DNA from: a virus
Reading direction: 5' to 3' (one strand)
Virus record (IMG/VR): IMGVR_UViG_3300042465_007929
Location: 75,991 to 139,990 of that record
DNA length: 64,000 bases
The first letter of the stretch is position 1. Every line of letters begins with the position of its first letter. The position numbers and the translations under genes were made by a program. The notes below the pieces were generated by a model that was not told the origin of the DNA, made no database searches, and worked only from the letters and a program-made list of their open reading frames with translations. Of this stretch, positions 1-11,900 are shown piece by piece.

Positions 1-1741
1 CAGATATTTGATTAGATTTTCCACCAACAATTGTTATATGGTCTCCAGAAAACCCAGAATTAGAAAACCCACCACCTATAGTTGCGAAAGATATTGTAGT
101 ACTATTTCCAGTTGGAGCTAAAATTCCATTAGAAGAGCCTCCCCCAATCGAACAACATGATGCATTGGTTTCTAAACTTCCAAAAATAGAATTATTTAAT
201 CCTGCAACTATGTTCGACTTTGTTGCTCTAACTGTATTAGTGTCTCCCCCTAAAATACTTGAATATGATCCTTGTATTTTGTTTAAATACCCAGCACCTA
301 TTGTTGAATAAGCACCACTAGTAGAATTAGTGCTTCCACCTAGTATTGCTGAATAAATAATATTTTGAGAAGCTCCAGTTATTGAATTGCTAAATCCACC
401 CGCGATAACAGCATCATCTCCAAATAATTTATTTCTATGTCCAGCCCCGATAAAAGATCTTTGCGCCCCTGAAATACTATTTTCAGCTCCTCCTATTATT
501 GTAGAATAAGTTGATACTCCGCTATATTTATTCAAAGAGCCTACATAAATTTTTCCAGAAATTTGACAATCACCATTTATATTAACGCCTGTTAAATATG
601 TTTTTATTCCTGAAATATTTTGGTTTCCAGTATTGAAAACACACATTCCAGATAAATCTAGTAACAAAGATCCAGTTGATAATAAATTATTATTTAAAGC
701 TAGTCCAGAACCACTAATAGTTGGTATGAATTCAAAACTTTTTAATCCAGATATTAATTGAGTTCCTGTTGTGTATACAACTGTAGACGGTAATTGGTTT
801 GATGATAAGCTAAGAGAGTCTCCACTAATTAAAAATCCCGTTCCATTAAGAGTGGGTCTAGAATAGAAATTTTTAATTCCTGAAATATTTTGATCTCCAG
901 TATTTATTATAAAATTTGCATTTCCTAATTTTGGATTTTTTTCAAATGTTGTCGCTCCACTAATAAATGTTCCATTAAGATAATTAATAGTTAAAGTGTT
1001 TGATCCATTAGAATATTTATAATTGGCACTAGTACCATCTCCAAATACTGCTGCTCCTAAATCGCCAGAATATATTACGCATCTCTGACCTAACGCCACT
1101 GATCCATCAGAACGAGCTTGGTTTTGATAACCAGCCCCTACGAAAGAGCATACTCCAGAAGCTACATTCTCATCTCCTCCAGCAATAAATGATCTTGTTC
1201 CTAATGCTTTATTATTTAAACCACCAACAATTGATGATTGATAACCAGTTACTTGATTATTTTGACCACCCCCAATAAAAGAATAATCCGAATTTAATGA
1301 TATTTTATTATTATCTCCACCTACAATCGATACTCCAAATCCAGATCCAGTATTATATTGTCCTCCCCCAATAAATGATGAATTATTTGTTAATCTATTC
1401 GCAAGACCACCACCAATAGCGGAAAATGAATTTGTATAATTTGAAGAACCTCCACCAATAAATGAATTACCACCTCTTGTCGAATTTAAATATCCACCTA
1501 CAATTATTGAATTTTGTCCGCTTAAAGAATTATTTTGACCACCACCAACAAAAGAATTGTCGCCAGTTATTGAATTATTTAAACCTCCCCCAATAAAAGA
1601 TAAATTAGAAGAGGCATTATTACTTACAGCTCCAAAAGAAATAGCATTTACATCGTTTCCATTTCCAAGAGTAACATGACTACCAGAAAGATTTAAAAGA
1701 TATTGATAGGTTAAATTAACTGTATTTGGTCCTAAATTCAT
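1..1741 (-). CDS. Tail fibre/adhesin with glycine-rich beta-solenoid repeats, running off the left edge
   Basis: ATG at 1741 (MNLGPNTVNLTYQYLLNLSG...). About 14-aa repeats of the SFIGGGxNN type and repeated GDQNISGIKNF-type fibre motifs. Absent from the ORF track because it is truncated. Confidence 0.75.
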   Translation of the reverse strand, partial: MNLGPNTVNLTYQYLLNLSGSHVTLGNGNDVNAISFGAVSNNASSNLSFIGGGLNNSITGDNSFVGGGQNNSLSGQNSIIVGGYLNSTRGGNSFIGGGSSNYTNSFSAIGGGLANRLTNNSSFIGGGQYNTGSGFGVSIVGGDNNKISLNSDYSFIGGGQNNQVTGYQSSIVGGLNNKALGTRSFIAGGDENVASGVCSFVGAGYQNQARSDGSVALGQRCVIYSGDLGAAVFGDGTSANYKYSNGSNTLTINYLNGTFISGATTFEKNPKLGNANFIINTGDQNISGIKNFYSRPTLNGTGFLISGDSLSLSSNQLPSTVVYTTGTQLISGLKSFEFIPTISGSGLALNNNLLSTGSLLLDLSGMCVFNTGNQNISGIKTYLTGVNINGDCQISGKIYVGSLNKYSGVSTYSTIIGGAENSISGAQRSFIGAGHRNKLFGDDAVIAGGFSNSITGASQNIIYSAILGGSTNSTSGAYSTIGAGYLNKIQGSYSSILGGDTNTVRATKSNIVAGLNNSIFGSLETNASCCSIGGGSSNGILAPTGNSTTISFATIGGGFSNSGFSGDHITIVGGKSNQIS

Positions 1742-1753
1742 AATCTATAATTT

Positions 1754-3415
1754 TTACACTAAATTCCAAGCTATATTTAAGTTATTCCATAAATCATAAA
1801 TATCATTCCATTTATCAGCGTAAATAGTTTTTCTATTGATATAAAAACCTTTTTTATCTGTAATTTCCACATTAAACGATGCTTGAAATTTCATAATATT
1901 ATTTATCGTTAATGAGTAATTAAAATTTTCTAATTTAGCATTTTCAAATTTATATTTTGATGTAGTATATTTTTGTTGATCAGAGCATGATACAATAAAA
2001 TTGTATCCAGATTCATTTGTAAATAATTTATTTATTTCTCCAGCATTAAATCCAGATACTAAAGATTCTATTGTTACGTTTGCATTAATTGGATATTGGA
2101 GTTTTCTATTAAAAATATAATTACTTCCTAATCCATATAAATCAACTCGATCAAAATTTATTGATAACCCAAATGATTGAAGAATAGGTTGAGATCCAGA
2201 AGATAATGCGACTCCACCAACTTGTAAATCTTCCAAAGTAAATATACTATTATTAGATAAAGATACAGGCGGATTAAACTCTGTTCTATTATTTAAATCT
2301 CCACTTATATATCCAGAAACTAAACCAGAGTAATAAGAAGGCAAATCAAAAAATCCAGAAGTATTTATCGATCCATTTTGATTTATTGACGGTGTTGATA
2401 CATCTAAATTATTATTCAAATTATCAAATTTCATATTTGAACATGAATATTTAACAGAAACAATAGGTATTGCATTATTTGAAAAATTTAATGAATAATT
2501 CTTTAAATAAGAATCTCCAAATGATAAAACATCAAAACCAGAAAAACTACTTGGTAAAGATCCTTGTTTTTTTACTAAATCAAGTCCATCTCTACCGTCT
2601 TTATTATCTATTACTAAATAAAAATTATTTTTTATTTTTTTTAAATCTGCAAAAGCATTTTCTTCTAAAGTGTTTTCGCCTTTAAACCCCATTAATAGTT
2701 CATTATTTAAATAAGGACTTAAATAATAATCAAAAGAAAGATCTACATTAGGGGCTTTTATTAAATTATTAATACAATAATCTTGAGATCCTATTTGTCG
2801 TAATTTTTGTCTATCATTTTCAATTGAAAAATTACAATTTTGCACTAAAGAAAATAATCTTGGTTTTTCAAGATACTCAGAAACGGTTAAAGATGAATTT
2901 GTTGTTTTAATATATCTCGTTGGCGATGTACCAGATTCAACTTGAGCGCCCCATGCATAAAAACTAAAAGGGCTTGCACCCGCTATTCCTCTTTGTATTT
3001 GAGGATAAATACTACCAATAGGTCTGTTGGCCCATACTTTAAAAAATCTTTTCCACTCTGTTGTAACATCACATCTTTGTTCCGCACTATTAAATCCTAT
3101 ATATATAATTTGTGGAGAGTCAGCTCTTAACCAAATAGAAAAAACATAATTCCCAGCGGTTGAAATAGATCTTCCTTGTTGTTCAACTCTACTATTAGCA
3201 CTAACTCCAAAAGTTATTTTTTCGGCAGTTTGTGTATTAAATGGGCCATTAACATTTGTCTCTGTAATAGTAGGCCGATTATCTCCTAATAGAGTCCAAT
3301 TATTGAATGATTCACTATCAAAAAGAATGTTTGTCCTCTGTCTAGTTGTTGATCTATCTAGAGGATTAGTAATGCAAACAAATGCTGAATCGCTTTTAAT
3401 TATTTGTCTTTTCAT
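1754..3415 (-). CDS. Tail-tube-like protein with an inserted carbohydrate-binding-like beta-sandwich domain
   Basis: VQNCNFSIENDRQKLRQIG...PNVDLSFDYYL aligns by eye with VQSANYNYTINRQDVNQFG...PTVGVDLTYYL of the 17398 tail tube. The insert at aa ~25-180 ends in WGAQVESGTSPTRYIKT. Confidence 0.6.
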   Translation of the reverse strand: MKRQIIKSDSAFVCITNPLDRSTTRQRTNILFDSESFNNWTLLGDNRPTITETNVNGPFNTQTAEKITFGVSANSRVEQQGRSISTAGNYVFSIWLRADSPQIIYIGFNSAEQRCDVTTEWKRFFKVWANRPIGSIYPQIQRGIAGASPFSFYAWGAQVESGTSPTRYIKTTNSSLTVSEYLEKPRLFSLVQNCNFSIENDRQKLRQIGSQDYCINNLIKAPNVDLSFDYYLSPYLNNELLMGFKGENTLEENAFADLKKIKNNFYLVIDNKDGRDGLDLVKKQGSLPSSFSGFDVLSFGDSYLKNYSLNFSNNAIPIVSVKYSCSNMKFDNLNNNLDVSTPSINQNGSINTSGFFDLPSYYSGLVSGYISGDLNNRTEFNPPVSLSNNSIFTLEDLQVGGVALSSGSQPILQSFGLSINFDRVDLYGLGSNYIFNRKLQYPINANVTIESLVSGFNAGEINKLFTNESGYNFIVSCSDQQKYTTSKYKFENAKLENFNYSLTINNIMKFQASFNVEITDKKGFYINRKTIYADKWNDIYDLWNNLNIAWNLV

Positions 3416-4731
3416 TATGTATTTCTTGGTATAACTCCCATTGTATCTTCGATTAAAGAGACTTCTAAATCGTTACTATTATGATATTTCCAAGTGTGCG
3501 TCCACTGTGGACATGTAAAAAGCTTTGGTCTATTATATACAGATGGTATTTGATGCCTGAATCTTCTATAACCAGCTTTATTTTCTAAAAAATGAAGCAT
3601 ACACGTTAATTGTTTGTTGCTTATATTCGAAAATTTATAGTTTAAATCTATCGGAGCGATATTATTTTTAGTTTTAATTCTAAGAGGGAATGAATTTTTA
3701 AATTCGAGTTTTTTTACATTTAATTTTACATCATTCTGTAATCCAACATCTGGTTGAAAAAAGAACTCTTGACTCCATTCTGGACCTTCAATCATCTCTA
3801 ATATATAACCACCAATAGAAGCATGGCTTTCTGGAAGATCATTCCATTTATTTGCCGCCGGACCCATATTTTGAACATAAATTGATGCATAGTCTTCACC
3901 ATTAGAATCATTTGGTTCTCCATTATTCCAATTTGAATACGAATCAAATACTCTTGATCCATCTATCCACCTCCAATCTCCTTCAAAATCTTTATCTGTA
4001 GCTCCAATCCATAAACAATTAAAAGCATTTCCAGTGTATTGTGGGGCTTTATTATTTTTTTCTTCAGTATTTAAAACAGCCAATCTCCCACCTCTTCTTT
4101 CGGCATCATCTCTAGCTTGAGTCCAACTAAAATTTCCAGTTATTATTTGAAAAACATTTTCACTAGAATTTAAAACATTTAAATTATCTTTCTTGCAATA
4201 CCAAAAATTATTTAATTTATTTTTATTTCCATCTATATAAACTATATCATATTTTTTATATTGAACGCCTAATTCATAATTTTGAAAATTATAATTTAAA
4301 AAATTCATATTAGACCAATTTAGTATAGTTGGCGATTGATCAATAGCTATATTTACAGCGAACTCATATCTATCATCATTAATATGATTAATTGCGTAAT
4401 TATCAGAAAATCCTAATAAATTTCTATAAACATTAAAATTATCTGGGACAAACTCAAATGAAATAATAGCACTTCTCGCTTCAAAGAAATTAACTAATCT
4501 TTGTGCATCGATTTCATTAACATCATATTTTATATCAAATGAAGCTCTTAAATTATTAATAGAAGATGGTATAGTATTAAAATAAGAATCATCCGTCTCG
4601 TATGAAATGTTATTAGAAGAAAATTGAACTTTAGATCCATAAGAAGGAGTTAAATTAAATTCCGAAAGATTTTGCGGAGATATAAATCCAGATAAATTAA
4701 CATCTCTATTATAAAAAAGATCTTCACTCAT
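3415..4731 (-). CDS. Minor/distal tail protein with an inserted C-type lectin domain
   Basis: CTLD motifs W..A...A...GGRLA, LWIG, W.WIDG, YSNW..GEPN and KWND, flanked by two halves resembling lambda gpM-type minor tail proteins. Tail gene context. Confidence 0.65.
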   Translation of the reverse strand: MSEDLFYNRDVNLSGFISPQNLSEFNLTPSYGSKVQFSSNNISYETDDSYFNTIPSSINNLRASFDIKYDVNEIDAQRLVNFFEARSAIISFEFVPDNFNVYRNLLGFSDNYAINHINDDRYEFAVNIAIDQSPTILNWSNMNFLNYNFQNYELGVQYKKYDIVYIDGNKNKLNNFWYCKKDNLNVLNSSENVFQIITGNFSWTQARDDAERRGGRLAVLNTEEKNNKAPQYTGNAFNCLWIGATDKDFEGDWRWIDGSRVFDSYSNWNNGEPNDSNGEDYASIYVQNMGPAANKWNDLPESHASIGGYILEMIEGPEWSQEFFFQPDVGLQNDVKLNVKKLEFKNSFPLRIKTKNNIAPIDLNYKFSNISNKQLTCMLHFLENKAGYRRFRHQIPSVYNRPKLFTCPQWTHTWKYHNSNDLEVSLIEDTMGVIPRNT

Positions 4732-5915
4732 AAATGTCCGTTATAGTTAAGTGTTAATTTTAAAACTCCATCAGCAGAACTTGATAATTCTTGACTAATT
4801 AGACTTGCTTTTGGTATATTGATTGATTGTAGTATGTTACCAGTTCTTCCCGCTATTGATATATTAATATTTTTGTCTTCTTTAGAATAAATAAAATTAG
4901 AAGAACTAGAGATTAAATCTTCATCAAGTTCTATTTGAACTGAAGCCGAATACTCTATTGGAGGCAGTGTTTCTACGCGAATTGGCCCTAATTTTCTTTT
5001 TGCATTTAAATCATAAAAATATCCAATCCCATAAATTGGTTTTCTATTGATTTTTAAAGAATAATCAAATCCAACAACTCTATTTGTTGAACTATAATCA
5101 CAATTTATAGTTATAGATCCTTGATTTGGTACAAAAATTGGAGGAGGAGTACTCGATGGATACTCTATAATATAACCAGATGTAGTTTTCTGCCATAAAT
5201 CACTTGCATCATCCCATTTTCCATTACTATACCTTTGTAAATAATTTTGATCTCCAAATGTATTACTTGGTTCCGCATCATCCCAATTTGAATAGTTTCC
5301 ATTGTAATTAGATCCACCACTAAAAAAAATAGTTTCATCTATCCACTTCCAAACTCCTTCTTCACTAACATCTGAGCCTCCAATCCACATACTTTGGCTA
5401 TAAGGTGGAACATTATCATTTTTTTCTTCAGTATTTAAAACAGCCAATCTCCCTCCTCTTTTTTGGGCATCTATTACCGCCTCATCCCAAGTATAAGAAC
5501 CATAAATTAATTGAAATCCAGAATTTAATAATAAATCTTCACTATTTATATCTCCAAATACTGAAAAATTACAAGTTACTTTAGGAACAGACCCAACAGC
5601 ACAATTCACCATGTATTCAGTAAGATATGCATTTTCAAATGTATAGTACTTATCATTATTTTCACCATACATTATGCTCCCATAAATTTTTGAAACTCCA
5701 GTATAATTAAGTATAGGATCTCTATATATCAGATTTCTAGAAATAGATACTGTTTTTTTAGTGTCTCCTTCTTGGGATGTTATTCCTTTTGAATAGCCAA
5801 GAGGCTTTAATATTTTTAATTCTTGGTTATATGAAATATTGATAGAATCAATACCCAATATTTCTTGATTATTGATTAAAACTTTGGAATTATAATTTAA
5901 ATTAGCATCAAACAT
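4728..5915 (-). CDS. Tail-tube-like/baseplate-proximal protein with an inserted C-type lectin domain
   Basis: CTLD motifs GGRLAVLNT, MWIG, YSNWDDAEPS and KWDD. The flanks carry tube-like motifs (NAYLTEYMVNCAVGSVP, compare NAYLTNYSVDFAVGAIP in 17398). Confidence 0.65.
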   Translation of the reverse strand: MFDANLNYNSKVLINNQEILGIDSINISYNQELKILKPLGYSKGITSQEGDTKKTVSISRNLIYRDPILNYTGVSKIYGSIMYGENNDKYYTFENAYLTEYMVNCAVGSVPKVTCNFSVFGDINSEDLLLNSGFQLIYGSYTWDEAVIDAQKRGGRLAVLNTEEKNDNVPPYSQSMWIGGSDVSEEGVWKWIDETIFFSGGSNYNGNYSNWDDAEPSNTFGDQNYLQRYSNGKWDDASDLWQKTTSGYIIEYPSSTPPPIFVPNQGSITINCDYSSTNRVVGFDYSLKINRKPIYGIGYFYDLNAKRKLGPIRVETLPPIEYSASVQIELDEDLISSSSNFIYSKEDKNINISIAGRTGNILQSINIPKASLISQELSSSADGVLKLTLNYNGHL

Positions 5916-5916
5916 T

Positions 5917-8900
5917 TTAACTTCTTCTTAATACGCCTCCAAGTCTTTTTTCTTCTTGAATCACTTTAATAACAGCTTCTTTTATTTTTCTTGAAAGATT
6001 TTTATCCTGTTCTGATGATCCTTCAGATTTTGTTTCTTCTTTACCATTAGAAGCTACATTTACAGTTACACCTTTTCCTGATTCTTTAGAGGCTGCAATT
6101 AATTCGTCAAGTTTTGATATTAATTTATCATTAAGCTCTTTTGAGTCTTTGCCAGTATCAGATGTCCCAGAATTCATAGCATTTAAATTAGCCGGGCCAA
6201 TTCTCTGCGCTGCTCCAGCATTCATGATGAATTCTCCACCTGAAAGCATCGTTGGAACAGTATCTATGCCTGATCTTTGCGGGATAGATCCTCCTGTAGC
6301 TTTCTTCGGCAATACTGAATAATTATAATCAGTATCACCTTCTGGGAGAGGTAATCCTTGTGTTGGCATATTATCTGGACCTAATATATTATTTTGTCCT
6401 AATGTATTATTTAGACCTAATGTATTATTTGGCCCCAATCTATTAATGTCCAAACTTCCACTTGGTCCAGATATGTTCTTATAATCTGATGAGCCTAAAA
6501 TTTGTTGTGCTATTTTTGGGTTATTAGATAGATAATTTTGATAATCTTTAAGACTTCCAACTTGAGATAATCCTATATTTCCAGTGAATAAATTCTTTAG
6601 ACCACCTGCTTGAATTCCTCCGCCGATATTCCCACCACTAAATATTCCTTTTAATCCAGCACCTACCTGACCCATTCCTGTAGCTCCATCAGCTTTTGCG
6701 GCGGCAGAGGCAGCATTATATCCACTACTAGCAGCACTCCCAACAACGCTCACACCTGCCATAACAACAGCACTTATTAATGCTGTTTTTAAAGCTTTTT
6801 GTCTTTCTTTTATTGCATCTTTTCTAGCTTTTTCAATTGCCGCTTCCTGTTCCATCTGTTGTACATATAGATCAAGTGATTGACCTTTTGATTCGGCAAT
6901 GGCTTGAGCCATTGGTCCTTGCGTTCTTCCGAAATTAGTTAAAGCTACGCTTTCTCCTTCTAAACTTATTCCTGCGAAATTTGTTCCGCTTGTTATTACG
7001 TCTTTAGCTCCAGATGTATAAGCTTGAGATGCATAAGAAAGCAAATTGTTTTTACCGGAAATAGTCCCCTCTCCATAATATCCGGGCATATAAAAACCGC
7101 CTTGACCAGTTTGCATTGGAGATGATGAAGTTGTTTGAGATGGGCTTCCTAATCCACCAGAAGATATTTTATATTTATCTAAATCTCCTACTGCCCCTCC
7201 AGAGGCAAAATGAGAGAGCGTACCATTATTTAATTTCTCCATGAATTTATTGCCATATTTTTGTACGGCTTTTTTATTCATAACAAATTCTCCACCCATA
7301 AGCATTGATGGAACATCATCCTTGGTTCCAGAACCGCCAGTAATTCTTCCGCCAGAAGCATAACCTTTGAAAAGAGAAGACCCAGCCTGTTGAAACATTG
7401 AAGTTGTGGAGTTAGCTAATTGACTAATACTAGCTTTAGTCATTTCATTCAAGAAGCTAGTAGCAGCGCTTCGAAGTGTGTCTTTTAAATCGCCACCCTT
7501 CATAATGATTGCTTCCATGGCTGTAGCCATGTTATCAGCAAACATCTGAGGTATTCTTTCACCTATGTTTCCAGCGAAATCTTCTACCTGCTTATTAAGG
7601 TTCGTCATTCCCTGTCCAAATCCTTCGCCAAATGTTCTTGGTCTAGACTCTAATGATCTTAAAGCTTTAGCTTCTTCTTCCGTAAGACCTCTTTCTTTAT
7701 TTTTCGCTGTAGCCGCTTCAATCTGATTGGCTACACTCATAATTTGATTAACAGTAGAATCAATAGCTTCCTCTGTTTTTGCTCCTAATTTTATAGCCGC
7801 CGCCCTTGCTTCTGCATTTTTCTTCTCTGGTGAAATATTCAAACCTGCTATTGTTGATCCAGAAGACAAAATATCTGTTCCATATTTATCTCCAGTAGTA
7901 AATACGGATTTAACATTTTCCATTGGATTTCCTCCAAATTGATTTTTATAAATAGAAGAAACGCTTGGAATCCAATCTTTATTTGTATTTCTTGGATCAT
8001 TTTTAGCGCCAACCGGAGAATAAATAGGGCCAATTTGAGCTATTGTTGATGCGTTTTTGTATGGACCCGATAAAGAAGTTAATGTTTTAGCTATTTTATC
8101 GATAGAATCTTCAACGGTAGATTGTTTTTTAACGCCATATTGATCTGAAATTCCCATGGCATTATTCCCTAATCTAAACGCCTGTGAAGTTCCACGCCCA
8201 GTTTCAAATTCAGATGCTGCCGCTAAAAATTTAGGATTTACTCCATATTTTTCTCCAGAAGATTGAAATGAAGCAGCATATTTTTTCAGCGGTTCTGAAA
8301 GATTTTTTTCTAAATCCGTTTTATTTCCAGCCGTAGAAGTTGCTGTAGTTGGTAATGACGTATTCTGTTTTAATTGCTCAGTTAAAGCTTTTGTTGCATC
8401 TACATTATCTTTTACAGCAGTTTCATTTTGCCCTAATGCTAATATATTTTTTTCAGTAAATGCATTTTTCCTTGCTTCAATAGCTATTTGATTTAATTCT
8501 CTATCGAGATCATTTTTTTGTTTTAAATCAAAATATTTCTTTTCTATCTGTTCTCTTTTTGCTAAAATAGAAGCTGAGTCATACATACCAGCAAATGTTG
8601 CTGGTTGTTTTAATTCTATTTGTTTTTTAATGTCAATTCTTTGGGACTCACCCTCTAATACTATATTCTGTAAAGACTTTTTAGCTAAAATAGAATCAGA
8701 TAACGTTTTCGCTTTTTCAAAAAGATTATTCTGTTCTCTTTGCAAATCATTTACATCTCTCTGGATTTTTTGACCAGCCATTTTCGCGGCATTTTCTTGA
8801 TCTATTTTTATTTTTCCTTTATCTAATAAAGTTACATATTCTAAAATAGCAGCATTCGCAGCTTCAGCTTGTTGCTTTGGTAAATTTAAAGATGCGCCAA

Positions 8901-11900
8901 TTCTATCAACAATTTCTTCTATTTTTGCAGTATCGACATTTTCAAATGCTATTTTTAATTCTTCTTGAGCGTTAGCTGCTCCATCTGTTATTTTTTGAAA
9001 AATAGTATTAAATTGTTTAGGATCAATAACAGCACTTTTCATAGATTCTTTTAAAGAACCACCTAATCCTTCTACCGCAGATGATTGATTTTTAATTATA
9101 GATATAGCTTTTTCATTTTCATTATTAGCATTTTCAATAGCTCTCTGTCTATCCGTATCAGTCAATGTTAAGTCTTTAGCAATACTTAATAAATCAGCTT
9201 GTTTGTTGAGAGCTTCATCCTCTAAATCATCTATCATAGTTCTATATAATGATTGAGCTTTTAAAGTAGTTAATAACTCTTTATATTTAATATTTAAATT
9301 ATCTACGCCTTGTGATAGTTCAGATTGCGTTTGTTTTGATCTTGAAGAAAGTTCTGCCCATAATTGTTTTAATACATCAAATTGAGCTTTAGGATCTGTT
9401 TTTCCTCCTTTGGCCATTTCATCTCTTAGTGGTTTAAATGACTCATCATCTATATTTTTAGCTTTTTGAGTAAACTGCTCTCTAGTTAGACCCCCAATAG
9501 ATTTGCCTAAATCTGTGGATGGAGAAGTCATTCTTTTTATTGCTAAATCACCTGCTGAAAGATTATCTATTAATCCTGCAAATTGTAAAGATAGAGCTTC
9601 GATTTCTTCTTTAGTCAATTTTGTATCACCTGAAAAAGCACGAATTCTGTTTTGCAATTCACTTGTTGAAACTCCTGCGGCATTTGCTTCTGTGGTTATA
9701 TCTTTTAATGATTGTTTTAATTTTCCACTAATATCATCTACGATAGTAGCAGATACCGTAGATGCTACTACTGCTGGTCCAGATCTCATTCCTACTGATC
9801 CGCCTTTTCCACCTTGCGCCGCTAGGAGATTAACCATTTTAGTGGTTTCGGTTTTCATTCCTTCAGAAATAATAGATTCGGCTGTTTTTTTAACTTCTTC
9901 TTGCCTATCTTTAGATAAACCAGATAAATTAATAGAAGCTTTAGACGCTGCATCCCCAACAGTTGCTAAAGATTTTGCAACTGATTTATTTATTCCATTG
10001 ACTTCATTATAAATTCCAGTTCCAATTTGCCAAGCAGCAGCTAAACCACCGATAGCAATTCCAGCAGGACCAAGAAATCCAGCGAATTTTGGTATAGCAG
10101 CAGCTAATCCTTGTAGCGCAAATACAGCAGTAGTTCCACTGGATAATCCATCTGAAACAATATTAGTGTATTTTGCGATTTCCGAACTAGAACCTGCTGT
10201 CGCAGCGCTTAATCCAGACATAGCAAGCTGAACAGCAAAAATAGTACCTAAATTATCTTTTTGTCCTTTATTTGTTTGGTCTGCTGAATCAGCAACCTTA
10301 TCTAATGATGCAGCAGCTTTGTCAGCAGCAGAACTAATTGGTTCTGTTGACGATCCATCATTATTAGATGAATTTGTTGATGGTCTATATTTTGGATTTT
10401 GACCTTTAAAACCAGCAAAATTAGGAATAAATCCTCCAGCAGCTCCATAAGCAGTTATATCAGCTCCTTCTTTTCTAGCTCTATTTATACCCTGCCAGCC
10501 TCCTGCTGGCTCATCACGACGATTAGCCACCATAAGACCCATGGGATTACCTGAGTTCTTTAAAGAGCTATTCTGATCAATGTAGACCTGACTAGGATCT
10601 AGTCCAGTGCCAATTTCTCTTGAGATGGCTTCTTTTAATGGATCAACAAAATTAGGGATATAACCAGAAGCTGATCTCCCAAAAGCTGGTTGAGGTTTTT
10701 TATCTCCATATCCATTAATTTTTAATATTTTTCCAGCAGTAGAAGAAATAAGATCTGGACCAGCATTAGCTTTTGCTTCTAATCCTTTTCCAGCTTGTCC
10801 TCCTGTCACACCAAACAATTCTCTTAATTGTGGATTAGTTCTAAAATCAATAAGTGAATTCCTATCTTGAGCTTTAAAATCTTTAAAATCATCATCTTTT
10901 AAAATACCAGCAATTCCCGCTTCAAAAATAGCTCCAGCAGTAGCAGTCAAAGATCCCTTATTAAGTAACGATTGGATTAATTCAATATTTGCTGGTTCTG
11001 GTAATACATTGCCAGATAAATCTTTTGCCATTTTTAAAGCAGCAGATGCTGAAACTTTCGACAATTGAGAAGTTAGTTTATCTGTAGATTTAAATTTTAA
11101 ATTTTTATCATTAACCCTAAAAATAGGAACATCAATTAAATATTTACTACTATTTGTTCGAGTTTCTGTTATTCTGCCTTCATTATCAGCATATCTAGAT
11201 TCAGAAGTCCCAACTCCTCTTTCTCCAACAATCATTCCAAAATCTTTGCCGCCAGCATTAAGTCTCGCTAAACTCTCAAAAGATTTTTCTTTATTGAGTG
11301 CTTTTTCAGCATTTTTTTCTGCTGTAGTTTTATATCCAGCATTACGAGCATCTTCTCTGCTAATATACTTAGGATCACTTGGATCTAAATTAATACGGCT
11401 ACCTATTTGTTGTGCGCTTAATTTTTTTATATCAACAAAATTAGGAATAAATCCTCCAGCAGAATTAATTTTTTGTGCGCCAGATGGTAAACCAATTTTA
11501 GAAACCATATCTTTGTTAAATATGGCAGACCCACCACTTCCACCATAATTATTAACAACGTATTCGCTGTCATTAGCTACCATTGTTCCAACTTTTCCAC
11601 CACCAAAAGCGAAATTAGGAATAACAACAGGCTTATTGGATGAGTTTGCTCCACCAACACCACGTTTAATATCAAAACTTTCTTGAGCTACTGCTGGCAT
11701 GTAACCTTCAGCAGAAGTTTTAACAGGGCTTCCGCCTCCAGCTTTGAATACAGCAGCCGCACCCGGAGCTAGCCTCTTGCCCATTTCGACAAATCTTTGC
11801 ATTTCTGCATTATTTTGTTTGAGAATATTGCCCAAAAGAGTCGCTTGTGCAACATGATTTCCTTCCAAACTTAAAACAGCTTTATGAATATTTTGATTCG

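Noticed and set aside
3415-5915. Diversity-generating retroelement targeting the lectin domains
   Set aside because: No reverse transcriptase in the window. The shared tract is short, lies in two coding genes and shows no adenine-specific TR/VR pattern.
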